The position numbers and the translations under genes were made by a program. Positions 13,229-25,359 of a stretch of DNA of 64,000 bases are shown in pieces (positions within the stretch are counted from its first letter, which is position 1; every line of letters begins with the position of its first letter). The notes beneath the pieces were generated by a model. The model did not search any database. It saw only the letters and a list, made by a program, of their open reading frames with translations, and was not told the DNA's origin. The stretch comes from Paraspadella gotoi (lineage: Eukaryota > Animalia > Chaetognatha), in contig CM119268.1 in assembly GCA_051294375.1 (NCBI GenBank), positions 16,945,947-17,009,946 on the forward strand. Reading direction: 5' to 3'.

Positions 13229-13954
13229 CTCTCCCTACTTTTAAATGACTGAAGATTTAAGATTCTTAAAGTATATCTTCACCGTCAAATCATCGCAAAC
13301 CGCAGATAAGTCACCGATCAAATTTAAGATGAGTATAGTGGGAAAACGAAAAATAGAGAGAGAGAGAGAGAGAGAGGCAAAGTCGTTCTAATTTTCGACG
13401 ATACGTTGAGGGTTCGCGTCCCGTGGTGGACGATGTTCGAAAAAAGTATATATATGTCTGTGGATGAGGCGCAAAATGAACTTATGCAATGCCCGACTAC
13501 TCGCATGATTGCGTGGGTGGGCAAGAACTTAATTATGTGATGGTATATTCACACCATCTTACCTCACCTCAATTATTACTTTAAACTATTTGAAATACAC
13601 TAGTCATATTAAAAATATTAAAACGAAAGCTAAAGTGGATATAATAAATTGGTTATTATCAACTTCCTTTACATTTTTAAATAACCGCTTTTCGTTTTGA
13701 TCTTTATATAAACTTCACAGCCCCATCGTACGAAGTAAATAAATAAATATAAAAAAATAGGTCCACGAGAAAAACTAACGTGATGACAAATTCTCCATGC
13801 AAATCAAAATGTCGCCCGTCGTTTGAAGTGATTCTTTTTTGTTTTTTTGTCCGTTAGATGGCGTAAGACGTCATTTCCTGAAGATTCCATCACCAGAGGA
13901 AAAAAATGGTCGAAAAAAATCGCTTTGATGGAATTTTTTTTACTTGGAAGGCAA

Positions 13955-14087
<133 letters not shown>

Positions 14088-14475
14088 ACCCGCGGTTTCA
14101 ACTCCATCTATGTCAGGCTCGACAATATGTTGTTGTCGTTGTGATCGTTTTGCTTGACGACCCAATATTTGTCGTTGACGACTTCACGTCACCAACCGAT
14201 GACCTTCACAGCTACCAATCACCCTATCCCGATCACTTTTTAACTTCTAAAGAGAGAGAGAGAGTTGAAATAACTTACGGCCAACGATTTCGAGAAGTTT
14301 TAAAAGTTTAAATAGCGCAAGAGTTTCTTTTTCCAGATCTAAAATTTAGAGAGCGACCGAGAGCGCAAGATGAAGATTCACGAGCGGGGGATTTCACGGA
14401 GCGAGGGCGAAAGAAAATTCGATCTCCTTTAGAGGAACGAACTTTTTTGCAAATGGCCGTGAATTTCGTACGTGA

Positions 14476-14552
<77 letters not shown>

Positions 14553-16018
14553 CGCACGCGTCGTGACGCGACGCGCGCGCGTTAACGGGTGACGCCTCGA
14601 AAGGGCCGCCGACATCTCACCAGTTTCCCGCCTCCCATGTTTGTATATAATTTTTTTTTTATTTATTTATTTTTGTTTTTTTGGTTTGACTTTACGTCAA
14701 CTATTCCTCTTAGCCTCGTTTCTTTACCAGAACATCTTCTTTTGTGTCTATTTTTTGTTTTATTTCTGTTCCTCCCTTAACCTTGGTCATGATCTTCTGA
14801 CCTTGAGTAATCAGAGTTGTTTTCGCATCAATAAATTTAAAAAATCAATTAATTCGGACGACTCGTGGTAATCTTGTTCATCGTCGTGTTCGTCGTCGCG
14901 GTGGTCGTTGTCGTTGTCGTTGTCTAAATCTGTGCCATCAGAAAAAAAGTAAAAATATTAAATAAAATATGTAGTCGGGTATCTACGCTTACAGCAATTG
15001 AAAAGAAGATTGATGACTTTTCCAGAAAAACTTAAATGAGAAAAATGGTCACAAAATATAGATGTATTGCAAAATGGTTAAGAATTTATCGGAAAAATCA
15101 AACTTTATAAATTATATTCATTTTATATTTTCTCTCTGTGAAATCACTTAGTACTTCACGCTCGCGATTGCTACCGTTCCGGTGTCGTCCGTCCTTTGTT
15201 AGTTTGACGTAGGTTTTCATGAATCTTTTCCACTGAACATTTAGTAAATGATGAATGAAAAGTAGAGATGGTTTAGAAATTTGTTTTTAGTTAAAAATGT
15301 TCATAAAAAATCCTGTAAAACTCAAGTTCAGGGCGGGCGATGTAACTTTTATTAATGCAAAAATTAACAAAATATTTCTCTCCGGTCTGTTCAAATTACG
15401 AGAAAAGAATGACAAAATACCGACGAAATACTAACCAGTAAATTATTTGGCCGAACGGTCAAAATAAGACTTCGGCCGAGAAAGGAAAAAAGACAGAAAT
15501 AACCGAGGCGAGTCATATTATTTAATATTTATAAATTTTGCGCTTATTTCATCCGTTATTTAGTAAGTATAACCTAATTTTCTAATCTTAAACATTTAGA
15601 AAGATTACAAACAAATAAACAATTCAGACATAACATATTATTAGCGTTTTAAAACAGAAAAAAAAAGTTCCTTCCTATCTTAAAAAAAAGCCTCCGCTTT
15701 GGAATTTCCACTTAGTTTTTATCGTTGGTAAAAAAGTTTGCCAACTGGGAATGGAATCACGAGCGGCGGCGGCGGCGGCGGCGGCGGATGCTGCGTGGGC
15801 GGCCTGGGATTCTGATTTGGTGGTAAGTCAGCGAGGGAAGGCGGAGAGTCAGAGTAGAGTTGGCAGAAGCGGCGAGAGTTGAGAACCTTCGAAAGGCTTA
15901 TCGCTCGGCCTCTTATCTTTTCAATTCACAAAACATCTCACGAATCGGGAGTGATTTTTTCTTTCTCTCTTCCTTTTTTCTCTATTTGAAAAAAGACCTT
16001 TGCTTTGCATAACAGCTT

Positions 16019-16102
<84 letters not shown>

Positions 16103-16146
16103 AATCAACCAAAACGGAATTAAATGTTTTCCAAATAAAAATAGTT

Positions 16147-16463
16147 ATGGGCGGAAAGTTGGGAAAATCTCGTTTAAAAAATGACGACGACGACGACGAA
16201 AATTTGATCGTGAATCTGGCTTCGGAATTCATTGAAGAAATTTCGAAATGGAATCAAGAAAAGTTCGAGAAAATAAAAGAAGATTTCGTCTGCGATGGAA
16301 ACAAATGCACGATGGTCAAACTGTCCAACACTCAGAGAGAAGTAGGCTAATTTATTGGCAGTTACTGATTTACTGATTGATTTTTTTGGTTTTTTTGTTG
16401 TTTTTTTTAATCTTTTTTCCTTCTTTCTTCTTTTTTTCTTCTTTCTTCTTTTTTTATTCATTT

Positions 16464-16554
<91 letters not shown>

Positions 16555-17318
16555 CTCTTTATTTTTTTCTTTCTTTCTTAGAGAAAGTGAAACGAAACCA
16601 CCGGACCACCTCTGGTCATTTATTTTGCCAAAAAGCAGCATCCTAACTGTTACTAATTATTTATTGCGGATTCGCTATGTTATGGAAAGTGTGACGCCAT
16701 TATTTTGGCCGGGACGCCATCCCCGTCGTTGTTTAACTATCTTTCTTTCACTTTCTCCCGCACATGTTTTAATAAAGCAGTTCATTGAGTAGCAAGCATT
16801 CAGAAATTTTTGTTGGATTTTTTCATTCCCTTTTAATTAATTTCATTGACTTTGAAAACTTGACACTTGTTCTTTTCTGACACCGCGAGCCCGATAAAAT
16901 CCGTTTGCTCTTTCCATGCCTTTGACAAGATTGCTTTTCTAATGAAATGATTGTCTACGTAATTATTAATTTAATAGAATACAATAAAAAATATTTACTT
17001 TTAATCAATAAAACAGACATTAAAACACAGGGATCGACAGAAACAGAGAAAGTCCATCAGAAAGTCAAAAAACCCGACAATCGGATCAAAACATAATAAG
17101 TTGCTAAAAATAGAAAGGACGCCGTCGAGACGCCCCCTGTCGTCCTCACAATAGCTTTGAAATAAAAAAAAACAACGGAAGACTCAGAGAAGCAAAAACT
17201 CGAGGAACAATGTGAATTGCGCAATATTGTTCTTCTTTCCATTTCGTATTCCGCGCGTATTCGATGGTTATTGACTCTTGTCAAGACTTTGAATGGAGGA
17301 AATGGGATTTCACCGATG

Positions 17319-17355
<37 letters not shown>

Positions 17356-19791
17356 GCTAACTCACTCTTGTTTCGCGCGTTGATTAATAATTTCATGAAA
17401 ATTATTTTTTAATTATATTTAAATTTTAGTTTCTACTCGGCCCCGACAGGTGGATATCGTAAAGACGTTGGGGGCCTCGGAATCCATCGCCGGGGGCGCG
17501 TTGGGAATCATAGGCGGAGTCATGCTGTTCACCCCTGCAGCTCCGGCCGGCCTTATTATCGGACTTACCGGTAAAGCTACGCAGATTGGAAAATAATCTC
17601 CGTTCGAGACGTTGAGTATGGCACAGACTTTTAGTTTTTAAATTGTATTCAATTAATTAAAAATATCAGAATGCATTTGATTCCGATACGACTTACAAAT
17701 AAATACCTAGTACATTTTGGTAATTAAAGCTGTCGTCTGAAGCTTTTTGTAATTTTACTTACCAAATATTTAAACATCATCGATTTTGTATCAGTTCATC
17801 GTAATGACCGACATTTTCGCGTCTCATTCCTTTCCGTTGTTGTTGTTGTCGTCGTCGTCATCGTTGTCGTCGCTTTCCGGCTTTTGTTATGGCGTTTCCA
17901 TTAATTCTTACGCGAACAGTTGGATTTATGGATTTCATAAACCTTTTTCCGATTTTCCACTTTTTTCTCAGCGTGAACCAATCCAAGGATTTTTGAGAGA
18001 TCTTTTTAGAATTGAGACTCGACTTTCGATGCTGATATCACTTCCCACTTCTTCCTTCCCACTTCTCACATCTCACTTCTCCCAATTCACTTCTCAGGTT
18101 TAGGTCTCGGATTGAAGGGGTCATTGCTCGAAGGAGGCGCCGCGGTCGCCGGCAAAGTCGCCGGAAAATCCGTTCTCAAGGTAAAGTGGGTTTATCAGAG
18201 ACGCGAAGATCTTTCCTTTGTCTTCACGCCCGCGGAGACGAGCGTTCGTGGTTTCACCCAGACGAACGTGAGTTTCCAAGAGAAAAAGTCGGGAATAAAA
18301 ATATGAGACTTTTATTGTACAGCAATCAGAAACTCGTAAATAGGGAGCTTCTTTCAAGCGAAATAGTATCAGTGAGATTTCAAGCGAAAATCTCTCTGAA
18401 AATTGAGGCGGGAGAAAACTGCCCGCGAAAATATGACCGTAAAAAAAGAATTGGCCTAAAAGGGGTGAAAAATGAGTAATCAAGGCTAAATATCTTTAAC
18501 AAGATATATGTTTAGTACCGTTCACATTATGTTTTTATTATTAGATCGAGATTGAGGAACTGAGTGAAAAATGACAAATAGAGAGAGAGCGAGAGAGAGA
18601 GAGAGTGAGAGAGAGAGAGAGGGAGAGGGAGTCCCTTGAGGCTTGAACAATAGTAAAAGTACTACAAATGTTAATATCTACAACAACATTAAGGAATTCG
18701 TTAAACGAACCGAAGACGCGAACATTGGACTGAAAAACTTCGTCGCCATTTTGAGGCGACTCGAAGAAATGGCGGGACGATTGGCAAAAAAGGAACAACA
18801 ACGACGACGACGAAAACAACAGCAGAAGGAAGAACAGTTGAAGGAGCTGACGATTGAGAACAACGAAGGTTCTTGTCACCGTTGGGTGTGTCGATGTGAA
18901 AAAAGGAAAATTTATCTTATCGTGTAAAATTTTGAGTCTACTATGTCGTTACTATATTTTACTTCTTTTTTTTTAAATTGTTGAGATAACAGATATGTTC
19001 AAATAGAAAACAGAAAAAGAGAACGGACGTTAAAGATTAATTGAAAAGGGCGTGCCCACTCAAGCCCGGTTAGCTCAGTCGGTAGAGCACAGGACTCTTA
19101 ATCCTGGGGTCGTGGGTTCGAGCCCCACATTGGGCGCCCTCTTTAAAATAATTCACTTTCTTTGAGATGATTTTTTTAAATTCACCCCGCCTATATACAT
19201 GACAAGAAAAAATCAATAATAATTTTGAATTTAACTCTTATCGCAATCCTACAGAAGACTTTTTTTATATATTTTTTTTACATTGACGCATTCAAAGTGT
19301 TTATCAGTAAATGCAGTCGGAACAGCGGAAAATGAGGACGACAACGGCGAAGACGACGACGACAATGACGATGACGAACCGGACGCCAACACCGACGCCG
19401 GTGATCAACCTACTCGTCGACAGCACGTGATCTTCCTCAAAGTCCTCAACTTCATCGCGACGCTGTGGCTGCGGCGACTGCTGCAGGAGCGGCGGTGCTG
19501 CGGCGGCGATCGTCGCTCGTCTCTCGATTTGTCTGCTGAGGCGGAGGCGGAGCTGGCCGACGTTTTCGGGGACGGAGTTCTGGCCGACATGTGGAAGGGA
19601 GTGCAGGTGAGGGGGTTCGGGAATGAGAAGGAGAGGAAGATAGCCGACTTTAATTCATTGATTAATTTCATAACTGTTTCACATCTTTTTATATAATTTT
19701 TAATTATTTTGTTACATTTCCTATTCTTTTGAGTAAATTTAATTACAATTAGATGATTAATTCTAATTTTTATGTATCACTTCACAATTTA

Positions 19792-19833
<42 letters not shown>

Positions 19834-20622
19834 TTCTCTCTCTCTTTCTCCTCCAACAGAACGGCGCGAGCCTCGTCTCGCATTGGGCTCCTCCATCCAC
19901 GGGATCGTCAAGGATTCCCTCTTCGTCGCGCGCGGAGGCCTCAAGTTGCTCGTCGACGTCGGCGAAGAATCCGTTGGTTTCGCCGTCGGCGCCGCCGGTT
20001 CCGCCGGCGCCGTGGCGGGCAAAGCCGACGACGTAGGCAGAGCCGCCGCCGGCGTCGTCGCCGGCGTCGGTTCAACGGCGGCCAAAGTCATGAACGTCGT
20101 CGGGATCGCCGGTGATTGATTTATTACTTGATTTATTTATTTATTAAATGATTAGTTTGTCCATTTATTTATCACATCCTTTTATTTATGGAACGATTGA
20201 TTTGTTGATTCATTATATTTTTTTTTAAAGTTTTTTGATTGATTTATTAATTTCATTCATCGATACGTTTATTTTCAAATTATTTTTTCATTGATTAGTT
20301 TGCTTTATATTTTGATTGAAGATTTTGATTTATCGATTGATTGTTCAATCAATCCACCCTCAATCCACCCTTTCATCCAGGCGGCGTGGTGGGCATCGCC
20401 TTCTCCTCCTATTCCATCCATCAAAGCCTCCGGTCTCTAAGCAGCGGGAGCCATTCGGCGGTCGAACGCCTCGTCACGGGTCACGTGCAGAATCTGGAGA
20501 TGGGGTTCATGATGAGGGCGTTGGTGGAGGAGAACCTCAAGCGCTGCGTCGAGGAGTGTCGCGCGAAGAGGAAGAGGAAAGAGGAGGAGGAGGCGGAGGC
20601 TGAAGGAAGTGTTAGGCAATGA
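16147..20622 (+). CDS. Apolipoprotein L-like (ApoL family) protein
   Basis: Exons 16147-16341, 17450-17570, 18098-18180, 18694-18868, ~19308-19606, 19860-20111, 20381-20622. Hydrophobic Gly-rich hairpin DIVKTLGASESIAGGALGIIGGVMLFTPAAPAGLIIGLTGLGLG and C-terminal GGVVGIAFSSYSIHQSLRSLSSGSHS resemble ApoL. One apparent frameshift near 19880. Confidence 0.7.
16463..16552. repeat. (TTTC)n tetranucleotide microsatellite
   Basis: Direct inspection; intronic. Confidence 0.95.
19064..19136 (+). tRNA. tRNA-Lys (anticodon CTT)
   Basis: GCCCGGTTAGCTCAGTCGGTAGAGCA-CAGGA-CT-CTT-AA-TCCTG-GGGTC-GTGGGTTCGAGCCCCAC-ATTGGGCG: 73 nt, complete cloverleaf, intact A and B boxes. Confidence 0.96.
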
Positions 20623-21260
20623 ATAATAAATATCTATCAATGAATAATAAATGAATAAACAAATCAATGAAATGTTTTATTTGTCAATAAAATGAATAAA
20701 AGTCCGTAGAGGAATCTTAACGAAAGTTTTTTCCCGACGGAAGGACGACGAAGTAATAAAGATGATGAGAAATTGATCTTCATTGGTCTTTAATACTGAT
20801 GAAATTAATAGCTTGGACGTTTAGTGCGTTGTATGCACAGAAAAATGACATCTTACAAAACCATAGTCTGATTACTAAAAAAGCAATTTGTTTATCATTT
20901 GTCCCAAAAAATTAAAGTTGTGCTAAGTGTGATTAGTTGTGGAACAATTGGAACGCGAGCAAAGGCAGGGTACAAATCAATTATATTGATTGCATTTAAT
21001 TAAATTTATACCGTATGGTCAAAAAGAATGGAACACAACAAATAAAGATAATTTTAGGAGGCATCTAAGTAATTTAATTGATCTGGTTGTTACGAGTTTA
21101 TTTCTTTTACACAAAGACCCGCACATTTAGATCGTTGAGAGAAAAAAAAATTATTTTGTCAATTTCTTCCGAGTTTTCTCGTTATCTAATTCTCAATCTA
21201 CCGGTTGACATAAAATTGTTTTATTATCTGACACTTTTTGCTTAAGTTCAAAGGTTTCTT

Positions 21261-21362
<102 letters not shown>

Positions 21363-21656
21363 ACTTTTCGAATTTTTTAGTAACTTCCTCCCGCCTCAAT
21401 TAGAAAAAATTATAAACTACAAAAAAAGACATAAGATTAAAATAGAGAAAAAATATAAATCCTTTTGACAATGCGTGAATAATTGCATAAATTTTAGTAA
21501 GTTTAAGTAAACGCCATCTATGACTCAGTAAACTAAAAAATCTATAAAGGAAAAGCAAAAGACTTTTAACGAGCGACGACGAAATAAAAAAACAAACAAA
21601 CTAAAAAACCTAATTAACAAACAAACAAAAAAAAAGAACAATCGAACGAATCGAGG

Positions 21657-23659
21657 ATGTCTTTTGTTTCCGTTTCTCTTCAGCTTCACGCTCTTCTCTT
21701 CGTCGTCACCCTGGTCGCCGTCGTCGTCGTCGTCATCGTCGTCGAACCCACGTTGTACAGGTCCGTCTCTTTCTCTCTTTTTTTCTTTCCCTGCGGAGAA
21801 TCCACGACATCCGGGTGATTTATTTTTGACGCTAAAGCGACGGAAATGGGCGGACGTCGGCGGGGAAAGAGAAACGTGGTCTCCAGTTGAATTAAGACCG
21901 TGAAGATGGGAAAGGATGAAGAACGGGTTGTTTTTTTTTCCTTGTTGTTTTCTGGTACATCGTTAATTTAGAGAAATTATTTTAAATAAAGTCGGTGATA
22001 TTATAACAGAAACAAATCCTTTTTACTTTTTTTTTGACAGTTCAAGATAAATTGAATTTTGAATTTTGTTTGATTTTTTGCTTTCTTGTTTTTGTTTTGT
22101 TTTTATTATCTCTCGTAACTGTTTATTTTTATTCCACCTCGAACTTAATCTTTAGGGAGTAACATGGAGACTAAATTATGACCAAGTCCGCCATAAAAAC
22201 ATCGTTGAACTCGGCACGCGTGAGGAACTAATTCTTTCCTAACGATCCGCGCTCCAGTGACCGAGAGCCGAGATCCTTAACAGAATGTAGAGTCAGAGAA
22301 AAATTCAATTATTATTGTTAGGAGGAAACACATTCGCTCTCGTCTTTTTACAAACCCAGCCGGATAATTAAGACCGATTATTATTTTTAATATCCTCATT
22401 CCAATATTTTCTTAATTTGTTATGCGCGAGTGTATAATATAAAATATATAAAATACTGTATATTGGTCCTGAGACTTGTAAAGGTGTTAATCCTTCACGG
22501 CCACGTCGACCAGGGATGTTTTAGTCCTCGCTCCTTCCTTGAATACGTGATTACATGAATCAGAATGTTCTATATAATATATATAGTATATATTTTAGTC
22601 AAAATAACGGGCAGATCAAATACACCTCAGATTGAACACAAAAAAAAAAACGAAAAAAAAAGTCAAGGAGAACGAGAGAGATAAGGAAGAGAGGCATGAT
22701 ATTTCATCTTTGTCCTATTTTTATTTTAGACGAAAATACGTGGACGCCTCTTGTATCAAGACCAACGTCTCTCTCGAAGAGAAGGCGTCGCATCGTTGCA
22801 GATGCGGAACGCTGTGCACCTCCGTTAAACCTTGCCTCAAGGTCGTGGTGGATTTCTCGGTGCATCCTTGGGATGAATCGATTAGGTAAGAGAGAGCGGG
22901 AGACGGATGGGAGCAGAGAGTGAGAAAGAAAGAAAGAAAGAAAGAAAGAAAAGAAAGAAAGAAAGAGAAAGAAAGAAAGAAAAGAAAAAGAAAGAAAGAA
23001 AGAGAAAGAAAAAAAAAAGAAAATAAGAAACGTATAACCAATTAGAAAACAGAAAAAAAAACACCTTGAATTTTTCTAGATTCTTTTCAAACCAAACTGA
23101 AGGAACAGAAATTCTGTTGGACAAACTGACGTCTTATGCCTCGAACGACGATGGCTCAGTCTGCTCCAACACCGGTAACACAATTATTTGTTATCTATTA
23201 TGTTATTAAACGTTATAATCGCTTTAAAAACGATGACCGCAGATTGCTTTTCCGATCCCTTCGAGAACGAACGCTCATCCGACACGTTGCTCGAGAAAAT
23301 CCGAGATTTTAATGCGTCGTTTTCCTGTCGAGGTAAAACCGAAGGCGACTTTAAATGCTTAATTCGAATGTCATGTTACCATTTCAATTACTAGATGCCA
23401 TAGTGTTATTTTTGTTATTTAGTCAATTTCAATAATTGATAATTTATTTTAAAAGCGCAAAGGAACGTAATATAACAAAATTACTAAAACAATTACTCTC
23501 TTAGTTAACATCGACGCTTCACACGATTCGCGCGTAATTTTGACGACACCGGAAGAGGGCGTCTATTTTTGGGCTTGGCTCGTCACGCCGTGGGTTTGCG
23601 TCTATCTTGTCCTTTTAGCGCTTGCAGTGTGGGAACGAAGAAATAAGGTATCTCTCTCT

Positions 23660-23711
<52 letters not shown>

Positions 23712-24025
23712 TTTTATGTTTTCTTTTCATTTTTAAGATAATTTCCTTTTATATTTTTCATTCATCTTCCCTTCAGATCTCAGCCCCGCAAACACCACCG
23801 GCGATGGCCGCTCCGACCATGAATGGATTGTCCAAAGTCAACAGAGAGACCGGATCCACGGAACTTTTGGTTCACGATGAGTAAGATTTAAACTTTTTTT
23901 CCTTCATCTTTTTGATACTTAACATTTTTAAAATATATTTTTTTTTTGTTTCATTTATCAGAGGCAAGTTTTCCGTGGAGTTCGTTGGAACAAGTGCGAA
24001 GTTCAGGAAGCGAAGCATCAATTGA
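21657..24025 (+). CDS. Two-TM protein resembling the Ca-activated K+ (BK) channel beta subunit / TipE-type auxiliary subunit
   Basis: Seven phase-consistent exons: 21657-21760, 22730-22885, 23080-23174, 23243-23332, 23505-23647, 23777-23880, 23962-24025. TM1 (LLFVVTLVAVVVVVIVVEP), Cys-rich loop (ASCIKTNV..CRCGTLC..KPCLKVVVDF..CS..C..FSC..VIL), TM2 (YFWAWLVTPWVCVYLVLLALAVW). Confidence 0.72.
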
Positions 24026-24704
24026 ATATTCGTGCATAATTTTTGGGTCAAATAATAAAACAAATAGATTAAAATTATCGTTATTTGCCCTAAATTTTTG
24101 AAATACCTGATGACTAAAGCGTAGCAAAAATATTAAAATCAAGGAGAATCAAAAGTCGAATAGTACTCCGTGTCAGTTCGCGAGTGACACCAAAAAAATC
24201 TTGACTATACTTTAACTATTTAATAAACATAATTCATAGGTATATCATTAGTTGGATTAAAAATATAAAAAAATTATGTGTCAATTTTTGCATAGCCCAT
24301 ATTTATACATAGTACTCACTATAGAAAATGTCAAAATTTTGAAATATTTTTTATTTTTTTTGAAAGCAGATTCTAATTCCTGAAGAAAAGTTGATAAAAG
24401 GAAATATAACTCTTAGAAAATTATTTCATTAAGAGGGTCAAAATCCTAAAAAAACTATTATAATTACATATAATAACTATATTAAATTTTAGTATAAAAA
24501 TATAGTTTTTAAATTTTTAGGTAACTTAATGAAAGACTTTTGATTAAGACTTATATTGTCCTTTTTATGAGGAATTCAAATCTGATTTCAAAACTAAGAA
24601 AAAACTTTTTAAAATTTTTAGCATTTTTTATGGTGAGTACTATATATAAATATGGGCTTAAGCGAAAACTGATGACCAGAGAATCTCAATTAAAAGTTGG
24701 AAAC

Positions 24705-24802
<98 letters not shown>

Positions 24803-24877
24803 AAGAGAAGAGAGAGAAAAAAACGGACACGCTATGTCAGTTTAGTCGTTTGGGGAGAAAAGAGAAACAGAAAACAG

Positions 24878-24942
<65 letters not shown>

Positions 24943-25359
24943 GAAGGAAGAGAGAGAGAAAAAAAGAGAGAGAGAGAGATAGACAGATTGAAAACTGGTT
25001 TTTCAAGTTGTCATCTGAGCTAAATTCAAGTAGCGGCGAGTGGCAAGTAATTCTTCTCCAAATAAATTAGACAAAAAATTTAAAAAAATGTTTTTGTTGA
25101 AATATTGAATCAAATTCAACAAGCGTCTGTGGCAAAATCGAAGTTAAAGGAATTAACTTCTTTGTCCAAAATAACAACAACGACAAAAAAAAATAGACGC
25201 TATTTAAAAACACTTAAAAAACGATTGTACGTTGAAAAAAGAAAGGAATCTACTACAAAAAAAAAACAAAAAAAAAAAAAGCTACATATAACAAACAAAC
25301 GAAAGAGCGAAAATAAACAAAAAACGTAGGTAATCTAAATCCAGGCAGCCGACGAACCC

